A DNA stretch of 64,000 nt, from the NCBI GenBank assembly GCA_963693365.1, contig CAVNZM010000003.1:11567651-11631650 (forward strand). The letters run 5' to 3'. The first letter of the stretch is position 1. Each line of letters begins with the position of its first letter. The position numbers were made by a program, and so were the translations under genes. Shown here piece after piece: positions 13,314-36,643 of this stretch. The stretch is from Amoebidium appalachense (Eukaryota; Protista; Ichthyosporea). The notes under the pieces were generated by a model. The model saw only the letters and a list, made by a program, of their open reading frames with translations, was not told where the DNA came from and did no database searches.

Positions 13314-16300
13314 GCGTGCGAACGCTCCACATCCTGTGTCCCCACCTGCTGAATATCGTAGGTAAGTGGCGCGACTTTGCGCAAAACCCGGTAGGGCCCC
13401 ACCCACTTGTCCCGTAGGCTAGCAGCCTCATACAGCTGGTTACCATCATCACCATCAACCACCTTCTTGTTGTTAAGGGTGTTGTCGAGCTTGAGCACCA
13501 AAATGCCAAATCGGGAACAGGCCGCGCCCTCTGATTGGCTGATTTGCGGTGCCGATCTTGCTCGGTAACCATACGTGCACGAACCACATCGCGCGCATAG
13601 GCCAATCGCTTCCAGAGCGCATACCGATGCTCCATAGTGGCGCTGCTGTACTCGGGGCCCAGTTTCTCCACAAAGGGGTCACGGGGGTCCCGGCCATACA
13701 AAAGGAAGAAAGGACTGTCGCCCAGTGCGGAGTGCATAGCCGTGTGGTAGGCAAACAGCACCTGGGGCAAAAACATTACCCACTCCGTTAACTTATCTGT
13801 AGCCACTTGCACAAGAATACTCTTAAGGGTGCGATTGAACCGTTCAACCAGCCCATTTGTCTGGGGGGAGTAGGGTGATACGAGGATCTGGCGACTAGTT
13901 ACTAATAGGAGGGTTAACACATCCTTAACCAGCTGGCAGTGCGCAGAAATATTCGACCAATTATCCGACAGCACAAGCTCGGGTGGTCCGTGTCGCGCGA
14001 AAACATATATAGTAGTCGTGGAAAGCATTAGCGATATCCTCTGCGGTGGGTGGATGATCGAACAGCACCAACTCAGCCCACCGTGTGATCATGTCTATGA
14101 ACACAAGGATATACTGCTTCCCGCTCTTCGCTGGTGGCAAGACGGTCACATCCATGGCCACATACTGAAAGGGGTACTGCGGTGCGAAACCGCGCTGCAC
14201 GGGCAAGCGGCCCTGCAAGTGTGGCGTTTAAAAAAACTTGCGCCGCTGGCACCTATCGCACGAACTCACATACCGCACGACCTGATGCCACATCCCCCGG
14301 GCCGGCCACCAAAACGAAGACCAAATGCGATGAAACGTACGCTGAGCATCAACATGCCCGGCTGTGGGGGCATCGTGGCAAGCCGCGAGGATCTGTGCCC
14401 GTAAAGACTCGGGGACCCAGGCCTGTGGGAGCCATAGGGCGACAAGTCGCACGCTGCTCTGTTGTCCACACATACACCACCCCCTTATAAACCGTGCATC
14501 TGCTTGCCTCTAAAGCAACACCGTGACTTCCATCCACATGTGCCGGCGCGGTGGGGTTGCTGAGGTAAAAACGAATACTGCACAAAAAGGGATCTGCATT
14601 TTGCGCCGCCTTAATTTCCTTCACAGTAGGCATACCCGGCAACTGTGGGATAGTAACTCGCGGGAAGTATTCACCTTCAACCCACGGGACCCAGTATCAT
14701 CACGTGCAGCATCAGAGATATGCTCAGCCAGAGGGGGGGTGGGGTGGGGTTGGCAGTGGCATGCGCACCCTCCCCCGCCGGCGGTCCACCCTTAACCCCT
14801 AGCGTGCTATTGCGCTTTTGCGTGCGCGCCGCTGACGCGGGTTCGTGGGTGGGTGCATCAGCACCACCGTCCGCACGTGCCCGCCCACGCGTCACCACGA
14901 CCGCAGGAAACACAACGGTGTCTGGCACAAAATCACTGTGGTCATCTCCGTGCACACACCCAATCAGCGAAGGAAAAGTCAGATCTGGATCATCTTCGCT
15001 GGCATTTAATTCGCGCTGGAAGGCCGTGAAATGCCATCTGCATTGCTGTGGTCCTTCCCGGCACGGTGGTGGATGTCATAGTTGTATGCAGACAGGGCCA
15101 TCTGCCAGCCAGCAACAATGGGCTCGGGGGCATCACCATTACCATATATGGAAGTCAGCGAAGAATGGTCTGTGCGCAAAATAAATGGCTTCCCGTAGGT
15201 ATACTGATGAAAGGCTTTGCACACAGCCCAATAGATGCCCAAACCCTCTCTCTTACTGGCGGATTAATTGCGCTCGCTCTTCAACTGAGCGTGCGGGAGG
15301 TATAAGCAACGGGGTGCTCCTGCCCGTCATCTCCCACCTGCGACAGCACCGCACCAAGCGCCACATTGCTAGCATCGGAGTCCCCAATGAAAGGCTTGTC
15401 GAAGTTTGGATGAGCCAACACGGGGGCATGTGTGAGAACATGCTTTAGAGCATCAAATGCACGTTGCTGCTCCTCACCCCACACAAAATAGGCATAAGTT
15501 GCGCGTATTCGCGCGTGTGCGCGAATTATTCGCTGGAATATTCGCAGGAATATTCTCGCCCGGTGCGCTCACCAAAACCTCTGATTCGGCTTGCCCAATA
15601 ACCTCTGTGCTTTCATCTGCAGCAGCAGTACGGGCTAGCCTAGCCTTCTGTTTGGCTGTACCATTCCGCTTCCGTCGCGCACTAGATGTGGGGGGCTCAT
15701 TCCCGTGAATCTTTTTGCGCAACTGCTTATCCTGTGGGCTATAACCCAACATGCGCGTTAGCGGCTCGGCCAGGTCACTCATATTCGGAACAAACCTTCT
15801 GTTATACGAAAACAGACCCAAATCACTCCTTAGTTCGGACACAGAAGTGGGTGCCTGCTGTTATCGCGTATCACAGTGATTTTCCCGTCATCAACCTTAA
15901 TACCATCTCTGCCCACATGATGGCCTAAATACGCCACCTCTGTCCGGAAAAAGTGGCACTTGGACCCCTTTAGCTTTAGACCAGCCGCAGCCTGAGACAG
16001 CCGCCTGAAAGCTTCTTCTAAGAGGGTTGAGTGACTTTCCAAATCCGGGGTGAACAGAAGAAGGTCATCAATGTACACAAGCAAGTGAACCCACAGCATG
16101 CCCGCGAATACGGCATTCATGGCGCGGCTGAATACAGACGGCGTATTCGTAACCCCAAAGGGTGCGCGACAAAACTGATAGCCCACGGCGTAGTAAAAGC
16201 TAACTTAGGCCGTGTTTCTGGATCCACCTCAATTTGGTGATAGCCACTATAGAGGTCAAACACACTGAACGAGAGCGCGCCCCATGCAACACATCGAGAG

Positions 16301-17080
16301 AAGTGTCTATGCGGGGTAGGGGGTAACTATCCCTCACAGTGCATGAATTTATTTTCCGATAATCCAGGCACACTCTTACGCTCCCATCCTTTTTAAGCAC
16401 TAGGACCATGGGTGCAGAGTATGGAGAGGTGGAAGGCTCAATGACCCCCCCAGCCAACCATACCTGAAGTTGCTTCCAACTTGATCCCGGATATGCATAT
16501 GGTGTGGAATTTTGTATGGAGGCCGATACTGTGGTTCATTTGTGGTTAGCTCTATCTTCAGCGTTGCCACATTGGACTTGCCATAATCGTGCTCGTGTGC
16601 AGAAAACACGTGCTTCCATCTGCTAAGCAACCTCCGAATGCGCTTAGCGAATCTCTTGCTCTCCGCAGGTGTCAGATCAGGAAGGGCCCGGGGGATATCT
16701 CTGGGTCCTCCACGTCCGGTGGTAATTCATCCTCGGTGCCCCCTGAGTCGGCATCAGATGCAGAGGCTGTGGGCACGTGGCTCACCCCTGCTGCAATCTG
16801 ATTGGCTCCTGGTGCGCCCGGCTGAGTACCACCAGACTGACCTCCGTGTATGGCGGGCCCCTGCACACTGCACACACATCAGTCTCTTCCCCTGGGCCAG
16901 ATGCTTCAGTATCCCCGGCAGATACTCCCTCACACTGCCCCTGAGTGTCCTCCCTTACATGCCACGGCCCAACCCCTCCCTCAGAGGATGAACTTGAAGC
17001 GGCCGGCCCGAAGGTACCCTCAGCCAAATTGAATGAGAACTCGAGATTCATCGGAATGCACATGTTCGTTTTGAGGACTC

Positions 17081-17510
17081 GGAGAGGAAACCTGCCCCTG
17101 CCCGGCACCTGCGACCTTACTAGTGCTGGTAGGGGCTTGAGCACCAGGCGCCTGCGACCCTGGGTGCCTGGCCCTAGCAGCAAAAGCAAGTCGGCCTCTG
17201 GCCTTCTTCTTTGACAGCCATGGCTGCACAGTCTCCGTGCGCGCGCGCCCCTGCCTCAGGCTGTACACGCGTGCAGGCACACTAGCGGGTAGGTTTTGAG
17301 GAGAGGAAACCTGCCCTTGCCCGGCACCTGCGACCTTACTAGTGCTGGTAGGGGCTTGAGCACCAGGCGCCTGCGACCCTGGGTGCCTGGCCCTAGCAGC
17401 AAAAGCAAGTCGGCCTCTGGCCTTCTTCTTTGACAGCCATGGCTGCACAGTCTCCGTGCGCGCGCGCCCCTGCCTCAGGCTGTACACGCGTGCAGGCACA
17501 CTAGCGGGTA
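17081..17510. repeat. Tandem duplication with 219-bp period inside the Gypsy PR-RT spacer
   Basis: 17081-17291 is repeated at 17300-17510; the peptide PASVPARVYSLRQG...QVSSP occurs twice in frame. Confidence 0.92.
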
Positions 17511-18808
17511 CGCGGCCACCCTCACCAATAATAATGTTGTCCCCAGTAGCCCCAGTGGCCCCTGATCCCCCCGCTGTGGCTCCACCCGTCGGAGGTTTGT
17601 CTGCAGCCGCCGGCGCAGCAGCAGCAAACACCTGTCCACCCACAGAGCCTGACGGTGAGTCTGACCCAACGGCCTCCACACCAGTCTTCTCTGCAGCTGG
17701 GGACCCGGACACATCGACCAAAACAGTGAGCATATCACCCTCAACCAACGGCTCTAGTGCTGCCACCTGGGTACCAGACTTCAAATACACATGCTTTTCA
17801 GTCAGATTTGTTAACTGTTACAGTACCTTGCAGCCGAGGCTGCCATTTACAGACAAGAGTGATTGCACACTATGCGCAGGGTGGAAGGGAATATCGGTGT
17901 TAGAGGTGGGTCTGTGGGTACGACAACGCCCGTCACACCAGCCTCCAAACCTTTACCCCCATCCTTCATTGAGCACAGAGCCACATTCGACCTGAAAGGA
18001 GGGAGATGCATGCCGGTGGTGGTGATAAGTGTTGCCACCTCACCACCCCGGACCCCCACCCCAAGCCACCAAACAGGCATATAGCACTCTGCCTGGCCGT
18101 GGGCCCAGGCCTGAGCAGCAAGTGCTTATACAACAGGTCAATCTGTGCATCGAAACCCAACAAGAAATCCATGCCTAGCAAGGCTGCATAGGTGAGGCCA
18201 CGCAAAATATGAAAGTTTTGCACACCTCGCGGTGGCTCCATTCTGTGTTGGGCACCTGCAGGTGCAAACCCACACGGCCTGCACATGGCAAGGTGTCCCC
18301 GCTAGCACCAAAAGCACTAAAGTTGTGAACCGGTGAAATGGACTTACGCGTAGCAAATGGTAATTTCAACGCAAAATCATATTGCAAGCATGAATGGCTA
18401 GCACCGGTATCCACAACCACCGGAACTAGATGCCCATGCAACCGCAAGCAAACAAGACGTAGACTCGGAGCCCTTAGCAGACAAAATTTTGCACACAGAT
18501 GGTTCTTTGGGGGTGGGATGCACGCGCCCCACCAGCCCCGCCAACGCCTCTGCCCGTGCCTGCTTCAAATCCGCAAAATCCTGAACCGACATAACAGTGT
18601 CACCCTCATTCCCGGCCCCTCCCCCTCCCCAACACCTGTGGGGGTGGTTGCACCTAGGGTGGACGGGATCACAATATGGGTGGGGGCAAAAGACACATTT
18701 TTTCGAGTGATTGCTTTATTTCCCTAGCAATTTCCCGCCAGGGGAGAAGGGTCGTGCACAAAATTCTCGTTAACCACTTCACTAGTTTGTACACTATCCT
18801 CTCCGATG

Positions 18809-19553
18809 TGCAAACATGGTTGTATATATTGTCGGACAGACTAAGGGAGTCGCGCCCTGTAGTTAGTCGGGCTTACTGACCAATCAAAATGGTTGGTCGG
18901 GAAGCAGCGGCACTGTCCCACAATCGCACGGCGAACTGTCCCCTATAAAAGGCGGCAGTATCGGCCAGATCCAATCAGTTGGGAACATGCCTGGACTCGA
19001 ATCGATGAGTGCCGAGGATAAGATCCCATCTCAAGATTGATCAGATCCCATACTGTAAATGCAATCTGCGCTGCCGCTATGATACACAACCAAGTTTACA
19101 TTGGCGACCGCGGCAGGACCCAAAGGGGTTGTTGGTCGGAGGGCCACGCCTGTATAACCTTGGGTGGAGCCGTTCGCGGCCCCGGGGCTGCTACGGCCTT
19201 TTCGCAGGGAGGCGTAGCGCGCGACTCCCCAACGCCCGGGGGGGGGGGGGGGGGGGATGTAAACATGGTTGCGTATATTGTCGGACAGACTACGGGAGTC
19301 GCGCCCTGTAGTTAGTCGCGCTTACTGACCAATCAAAATGGTCGGTCGGGAAGCAGCGGCGTTGTCCCACAATGATGATCGCACGGCGAATTGTCCCCTA
19401 TAAAAGGCGGCAGTATCAGCCAGATCCAATCAGTTGGGAACATGCCTGGACTCGAATCGATGAGTGCCGAGGATAAGATCCCATCTCAAGATTGATCAGA
19501 TCCCATACTGTAAATGCAATCTGCGCTGCCGCTATGATACACAACCAAGTTTT
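18809..19553 (+). mobile_element. TRIM (terminal-repeat retrotransposon in miniature)
   Basis: ~292-bp direct repeats at 18809-19100 and 19258-~19553, PBS TGGCGACCGCGGCAGGAC 19102-19119, G-run PPT ending at 19257, non-coding internal region of 157 bp. Right end damaged; no TSD recovered. Confidence 0.85.
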
Positions 19554-21500
19554 AAATTACAATCCGCAAGTAAAACGCCGCCCACACGAGCAGGAGACAC
19601 CAAAAACCGATTACAACACCAAGACATAATCATCTTTGCATATTTATACGACACAACATCCTGAATAAACGAATCTATATAGGAGCGAGATTGTCTAACC
19701 GTATCCGCCATGTAGGCTACTAGTAGTTGGTGTTTTTGCTGACCTAACACACTGAGAGGGACTCGACACGTAAAGTAAAAAGGTATCTATCAGCCATAGA
19801 CTTAAAACTATTCATAGTCACACTATGGTCCAGCCGTACCTCCGGTGGAGTCGCCAGCCACTCCGCATATCGCTCGACAATGGGCAGACACTGATGTGGA
19901 AGGGAAGAGATAGAGGGGTGAGTCCGGCGGGGATGTGTGTAGCCGGAAGAGTGGATGGGTCGGGGAAATGGCGCGTAGGCGGGTGATGTGCGCGTGAAAT
20001 TTAAGGGCTAATTCGTGTATGCGTTGTGATGGTGGTGTGAGTGCGTACTACTATAAAGAATCGAAAAGACGTCTAGAAATAGGTGTGGAAAGGCCAGTAA
20101 GAAACGTACAACAAGTTGTGTAGTGGAAGTCATCTAGTGATTGGAGAACATTTGCAACGGTATCAGGGGGCGCCATAGCTAATAAAGGCAACCCGTACTC
20201 AGACAAAGGGCGAATAAAGGTGCGAAATATACTAAGACGGTTGTGTAAGTGTACAGTAGTAGAAAGATTAGCAAGATACACATCCCTAAATAGACGAAGA
20301 CACCTCAGGCTGCCTGCACTCTCCACCCGACGGTCGACCATCCATTTGAAATAGTATGCCCCACTCATCCACCGGAACCCCCAAATACTTAAATTCAATC
20401 GGGCGAGGGAGGGGACTGCCGAATATACAACCGTCGTCCCATGCCGATATCGATTTTGATAAAAGGGCACACTTTTTGACGTTAACCTTCATATCGTTGC
20501 GCTGGCACCAATGTTCAACCACACCAATATATTGCCGTAATTCGATAGGATCGGATGACATAAGCACAGTGTCGTCGGCAAAAAAGAGGGCCGGGGGAGC
20601 CTGGGATGGCAACCCCCCGTCAATTTGTGCCGCAGAAAGAACGTCGGCTAAATCATCAATATCCAGGTTGAAAAGAAGTGGGCTTAGCAGGGACCCTTGA
20701 AGTACCCCGCGCGTGCGGGTAAACCCTGGGGATAGCCGCCCATTAACCACCGCCCGTCAGCGACCGTGTAGTAGTAAACGTAAACATAGCTTCCAGTAGC
20801 CGACCCATTTGGAATGGGACACCGCGAGTGGCCAACTTGGCCCACAGGCGAGGGAGGTCGACCATGTCGTACGCGTTCTTAAAATCGATAAATACGAGGT
20901 GCTCGGTATCACTTTGAGTTGCATTATGTAGAATGAGGATTTGTGCGTAACATGAGTGACTGTCGATGCCGAAACGCCGCGTGAAGAGGACTCAGCTGGG
21001 AAGCCTGCTTCAGGGTGGTGTTACGGGAAATGGCCTCTAAAAGTCCACTTTCGAATAATCGGCGAAAAACGGACGTAAGGGTGATAGGGCGAAATTCGTG
21101 AATGGGACCCCGTGCAACCGTTTTCTTGATGGGAAACACTATGGTGTCTAGCCACTCCGAGGGCACTTTACCGACATCAGAATACCAGCTAAACAATTCG
21201 CTAAGATTACATGTAAGTGGTGGCGGCGGGCCATGCTTTTCGTCTTTCTCGGGTCGGGGTGGGATGAGTACCTTAAGTAGTGCCATAGGGATGCCGTCCG
21301 GCCCACACGCTTTACAGCGGGACGGGTAACGGGAGACTAACTGCCATACCACATCTGGGGTAGAGTGTGCCCCCAGTTCAGCCCCACACTCAGCCGGCCT
21401 TGCTGGCCACGCCGTGTGTGGGGGTGGTGGTGTGTGGGTGGGTGGAAGGAACAAAAACAGGAGGGGGCGCCTGCCCCAGATCCGTGGCCGTACAGGCCGG
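19554..21500 (-). mobile_element. LINE-B fragment (RT and C-terminal domain), frameshifted
   Basis: KACGPDGIP, FRPITLTSVFRRLFE, FIDFKNAYD, QGSLLSPLLFN, FFADD, FKYLG, TFIRPLSEYG. Ends approximate. Confidence 0.88.
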
Positions 21501-21644
21501 GTTACGTTTAAACAGGATGCCGTAGAAAGAATCGGTTGCAGTTTCCGGGTCGGATGACGGGTTAGGCCGTTATTCGAATCGAATGATCGCCGCGATCAAT
21601 CTTCCGAATATTACAATTTGCAATAGCAAGTGATACGGTAGAGG

Positions 21645-22714
21645 CTTACGGAAAGGTAGCCCTACGTGTCGTAACGAGAAAACTCTACCAAGGGGTATTT
21701 ATGATTGGTCCAGATCGAATCCGGTTCGATCAGATTAGCCATATAAGGAAACTGGAAAAAACCGTTTTTACGAAAGGTAGCCCTACGTCTTTCGACCCAC
21801 AATGCACCTGTCAGGGATCCGATTCCGGCCCTGACCAATCTCAGCTTGACGCGCCATCAGCTCGCACTCAGATCAGTTGCCGCCAATAATTCATGTTCAC
21901 GAAGCTTCGAAAAATGATCCGACCATAATTCTATGAGGTGCCTAACATTGACAGCTCAGCCGCAGTCAATAAAAAAGTTGTAAAAAGAAAGAACTTCTGC
22001 GACTATCTTAGCATACTATTTGTCAAAAAAACAACAAACAATACTTCGACAAAGAGGAAACCTCCTACTCGTGTTCAAAGATATCCACACTCGAGTTTGA
22101 CTGTTATGCACTACTTCAAAAAAAAAAGCTCGCTCCAGACAGCTTTCTTCTGAGTACCCTGCTCTACACCGCGCTGCGTCACAAAGTGATCGATGATATC
22201 ATGTTCACCTTTTTTATACTTCTCCACTACAAAAGGCATAGCCGCTAAGACAAATACCGTGATTCCTACCCAACCATTTCATTCAAAAGGCCTACCCAAT
22301 GGTATCGCCCGGTTGTGCAAGCTACAGGTGTAATTAACGCTCACTAGCTGACTTTCACAACCGGGCCCTCCGATTGGTTCACATGATCACGGCTCACGAG
22401 GCCACTTCTGCAACACGCACTACTAAAGAATCTGATTGGTTCCCTGCTAACGAAGTCATTAGCGCAACTTTCACAACCGCGCACTGGCAACCCGATTCGC
22501 CACATAAATCTCCCCAGACCCACGTCTTCCGTATCGTGCTCTACCTAGCGCCCGCCGTCGCCTGACCGACCTACGTAAGGCTTACGTAAGGCCCTGCGCA
22601 GGCCTCCCCCCAAACCTCTATATCGTGGTCTGGCCCCCCCCGACCCCACCGCCTTACGTAACCCCGGCCCCGCGCCAGCCAACCAAACGGCCCGGTTGTG
22701 GAAGAAGGCCGAAT
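21645..22714. repeat. Right long terminal inverted repeat (main part)
   Basis: Reverse complement of the left arm; its last 17 bp lie at 24402-24418, beyond LINE-C. Confidence 0.93.
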
Positions 22715-23009
22715 GGGGTTTACGCTGTTTACTCGAGGCAGAGAGAAACCAGTCTCAGGTATGGGGGGGGTTTTGCTCGGAATATCCCCTCCGCGGTATA
22801 TCATGATCACGTACATAGATGTCGGGTGATGACTATATATCAGGGTTTACTTTCTCTACGAGACACCATAAAGACTACAAGGAGAAATCAATTAGTTGGG
22901 GTTCCCCGTTTTTATTTTTATTTTTATTATTATCATTTTATTTTATTTTATATTTTATATTTTTTTTATTTTTTAAAGGGGCTCCCCTGGGACACTCGGT
23001 ATCAGCTGG

Positions 23010-23052
<43 letters not shown>

Positions 23053-24396
23053 TGTGTGTGTGTGTTTGTGTGTGTGTGTGCGCGTGCGCTAGAATTTTGT
23101 AGTGATGTGTTTCTCAAGCCAATCAATACATCTAATAAACAGGTCGTAGTTACGCGTGTTTAGTATAAAATCAAGGATGTTGTAATTTACAGGTAGGCTA
23201 TCTTTCTGGGTGTCTGTTGTGAATGTGACGTGTGTGTGTTGCGGTATTATGTGGTCTATCAAACTACATTTGGCGATACATGACCGGTTAAACTGGTGTG
23301 TTGTGTGTTGTTTGGGCATGCAAATGATGCCACCTTATACTTATTAGATCTCCACTGTATAGCACGTGTACAGTAAAAGCGTGGTAATTGATCAATAATA
23401 CCATCAGCTAGAGAAAGACCAGTTCTACAGGAAGGTAATATGTATTTAGGTGTTATACATTTGCGAGTGCCATATTTGGCAATATGGTTGAGGCGGTCAG
23501 TATATATAAAACGAGACATAAGGCTTAGTTTTTCAAGGTGTATGCTTTCATCGGGTCTAGTGTCGTGTGGTATCTTTTTCCATTTGTTATATTGCGTGAT
23601 TATCTTGTGATTGTGTACATGTTTAATAAGTAAGTGGCAGTCCAAAGTCACACACACACTATTGCGGGGTTTATTTGTATTTGTGCCCAGGGGAGAAGGG
23701 GAGAGAGAGGGAAGGAAAGAGGGGAGAGGTGAGGAGGGGACAGGTCGGATAGAGAAGAGAGGGTGGGAGGGCAAATACTTCTTTAAGCGGCTTATGTGCT
23801 TATTGAATTTCAGCGCGAGATAGGATATTCTAGCAGCTATTGGGACCAGACCATATATCGAGAGCGTTACAGGCCCAGGTTTACAACAGTTGTTAGATAG
23901 AAAGGAGGCAACTTCTGCTTCAAGGAAATTTGCCAAGGGTTTAAGCGCTCTAGTTCTCTCTTTCTTGATCCAAGCGGCGAGAAGGGGTAAACCATATTCA
24001 CATGCCGGGAAGACAAAAGTGCGAATAAATGTAAGTCTAATAGAAGGATGGAGGGGTGTGTCTTTAAAAATATTATCCGAGAAGAAAGCTAACCGATTAT
24101 GAGCCAACTCTACCCTTTTAAAGACCATAACGACCATATGGGGAAACATAACACCAACAGAATCAACCGGAACACCAAGATATTTGTATTCTGGAACTAT
24201 AGGTACAGGTTTAGATGATAATGTAAATGTGTGTAAATTGTTGGCTATATCAGGTACAAGAACACCACATTTGTCTATGTTAAGGATCATAAGGTTTGCC
24301 TTGCACCACTCTGATACTACATCGAACAATCTTTGCAGGCGTCTAGGGGTACGGGCAAGGAGGGACAGATCATCAGCATAGAGAAGTGCAGGCGGA
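22715..24396 (-). mobile_element. LINE-C, 5'-truncated at the YADD motif, inserted in the right TIR
   Basis: PALLYADDLSL...NIDKC...YKYLG...TFVFPACEYG...AIQWR (ORF 23259-24329 and upstream). 5-bp TSD CGAAT at 22710-22714 and 24397-24401. Confidence 0.88.
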
Positions 24397-25151
24397 CGAA
24401 TCTGCCGGGGGGCCCCCTACGTAAGGCAGCCTCCGCTCGAGGGCCGCGCGTGTGTGTACATAGTTCCTACTGAGGCGGTGTCTCCTTTTTTTTTTTTTTT
24501 TTTTTGCCGCCTGAGTAGATGTTAAACATCGCACGTGCGGCAACACGTCAGTACGTGTTTGGTGTAGTTCGTGTTTGTGGGTAAACTTGGGCACCTAAAC
24601 AGGCATATTCACCGACGTCCCACAAGGTTTCGCGTACTGTAGACCATACTCTATCGATGAAGCTCTGGTCGCTTCGTAGCGGGGCTTGGCGTCCATCACG
24701 GACAAGCGACAATAGACTCGGTTGCACCGTCTGGAAAATGAAGCGAGTGTCTGCTTGGCCGCGCTCGCTTTTAAGTTCGCGTATGTTAAGTCTGTAAGTG
24801 TGTTGTGGTGACGGCGTAGAAAGGCTAAGTGTAGTGCGAAAAACTATAGGTAGGTGGTCTGACGGTGGTGGGTGTAGGTTGTGGTTTATGTGTAAAGTGC
24901 AAGGACCAGTATGTACTGCTAATTAGGCCAGTCCCCCATAACCCTAAACGCTAAATCCTAGTGGTGTCTTACGATTAATAAATGCAAATTGCAATGTACA
25001 TGTTATTACATAGCAAGTGTAATGTGACCAACACCCTAGGATACTGGTGGTGTGAGGTCACTATGAATTTCATGAAAGATGTTGACCGTAACCCATACGG
25101 CACCACGGGAGCAAACGACATAATTAAGCAAATACGATGTGAAACCAAGCC

Positions 25152-25185
<34 letters not shown>

Positions 25186-25248
25186 CTGAATACAAAAAAA
25201 AGGGGGGGGGAGGAGGGGGGGGGGGGGGGGGGGGTACTAGTGATTGGG

Positions 25249-35986
<10,738 letters not shown>

Positions 35987-36643
35987 GGTTTTGGCTACGG
36001 AGACTGGCCGTGATGTTTCACCAAGATCCTACATAGAACCTTGTGGATCTGTGCATTGCACTTCTACAGCTATTCTCCCTTGTTCTACTGGCGTGCGTAT
36101 GCCCGTGCTTTGCTGCATTGAACAAAAGAAATGCAGAAAAAGCTGTTCGCATATTCTCGAGCACTGGAGCAGCCGATAAAGCAAACACTATCTTCTAAAA
36201 GGTGAAAGATCCCGGAGGCTCCCGTGTTGGCCTAACGTGCAAAACAAGGAAAAACGAGAGTAACGGGGGCGTGGAGGGGTCGAGGGAAAAGATATGAAAA
36301 TTATGGATAGTGCTGAATGAATGACGGGGCTATTAGCACACAATCGGGAGGGTAATCATGAAGAGTGGCGGAAAGGGAGGCCTTCAAACTGAAGGTCAAA
36401 GAGTAGTAGGGAACTGGTCGTTAATCCCCCAAAACCCCCTTGGGGGCGTAAAGTTGTGTATAAACATTTTTTTGCTGAAGAGCAAAACTGAGATAACATA
36501 TATATTCCCGTCATTTTGAGACATTAAGATTCAAAGCAATGTTTTTGATTAGCTTCATATGTGCGGGCAAACTTTTATAGGTCAGATGCTACGTTGTAAG
36601 TATGTAAATCAATATGGTCTAATATTTTTTAGGAACAGGCCAT

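Larger units (their letters stand above)
10759..18590 (-). mobile_element. Decayed Ty3/Gypsy retrotransposon with chromodomain (PR-RT-RH-IN-chromo), 5'-truncated
   Basis: Protease VDTGAS (~18410); RT VCLDYRKIN, PFGVTN, YIDD; RNase H DASNVALGAVL, TDHSSL; integrase HDAPTAGH..CDRC, PYSPQTNGLVERFN, WVGPY; chromodomain 12055-12324 (YKVRWKGF..DSWE). PPT at 11987-12004 then LTR TGTAGAC...GTTACA (11986 to 10759). Many frameshifts; gag and 5' LTR not found. Confidence 0.92.
9633..24418. mobile_element. Large element bounded by ~1.08 kb terminal inverted repeats (foldback/DNA-transposon-like; no transposase seen)
   Basis: Left arm 9633-10707 is the reverse complement of 21645-22714 plus 24402-24418 (right arm split by LINE-C). 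Termini AGGGGGCCCCCC...GGGGGGCCCCCT, each flanked by ACGT. Confidence 0.8.

Noticed and set aside
18781-18785. ACTAG matching the flank at 10754-10758 as a Gypsy TSD
   Set aside because: No 5' LTR or TG/CA terminus next to it; probably chance.
10193-22153. Duplicated short ORFs MPNIDSSAA... and MIGPDRIRF...
   Set aside because: By-products of the long inverted repeats; no domain recognised.
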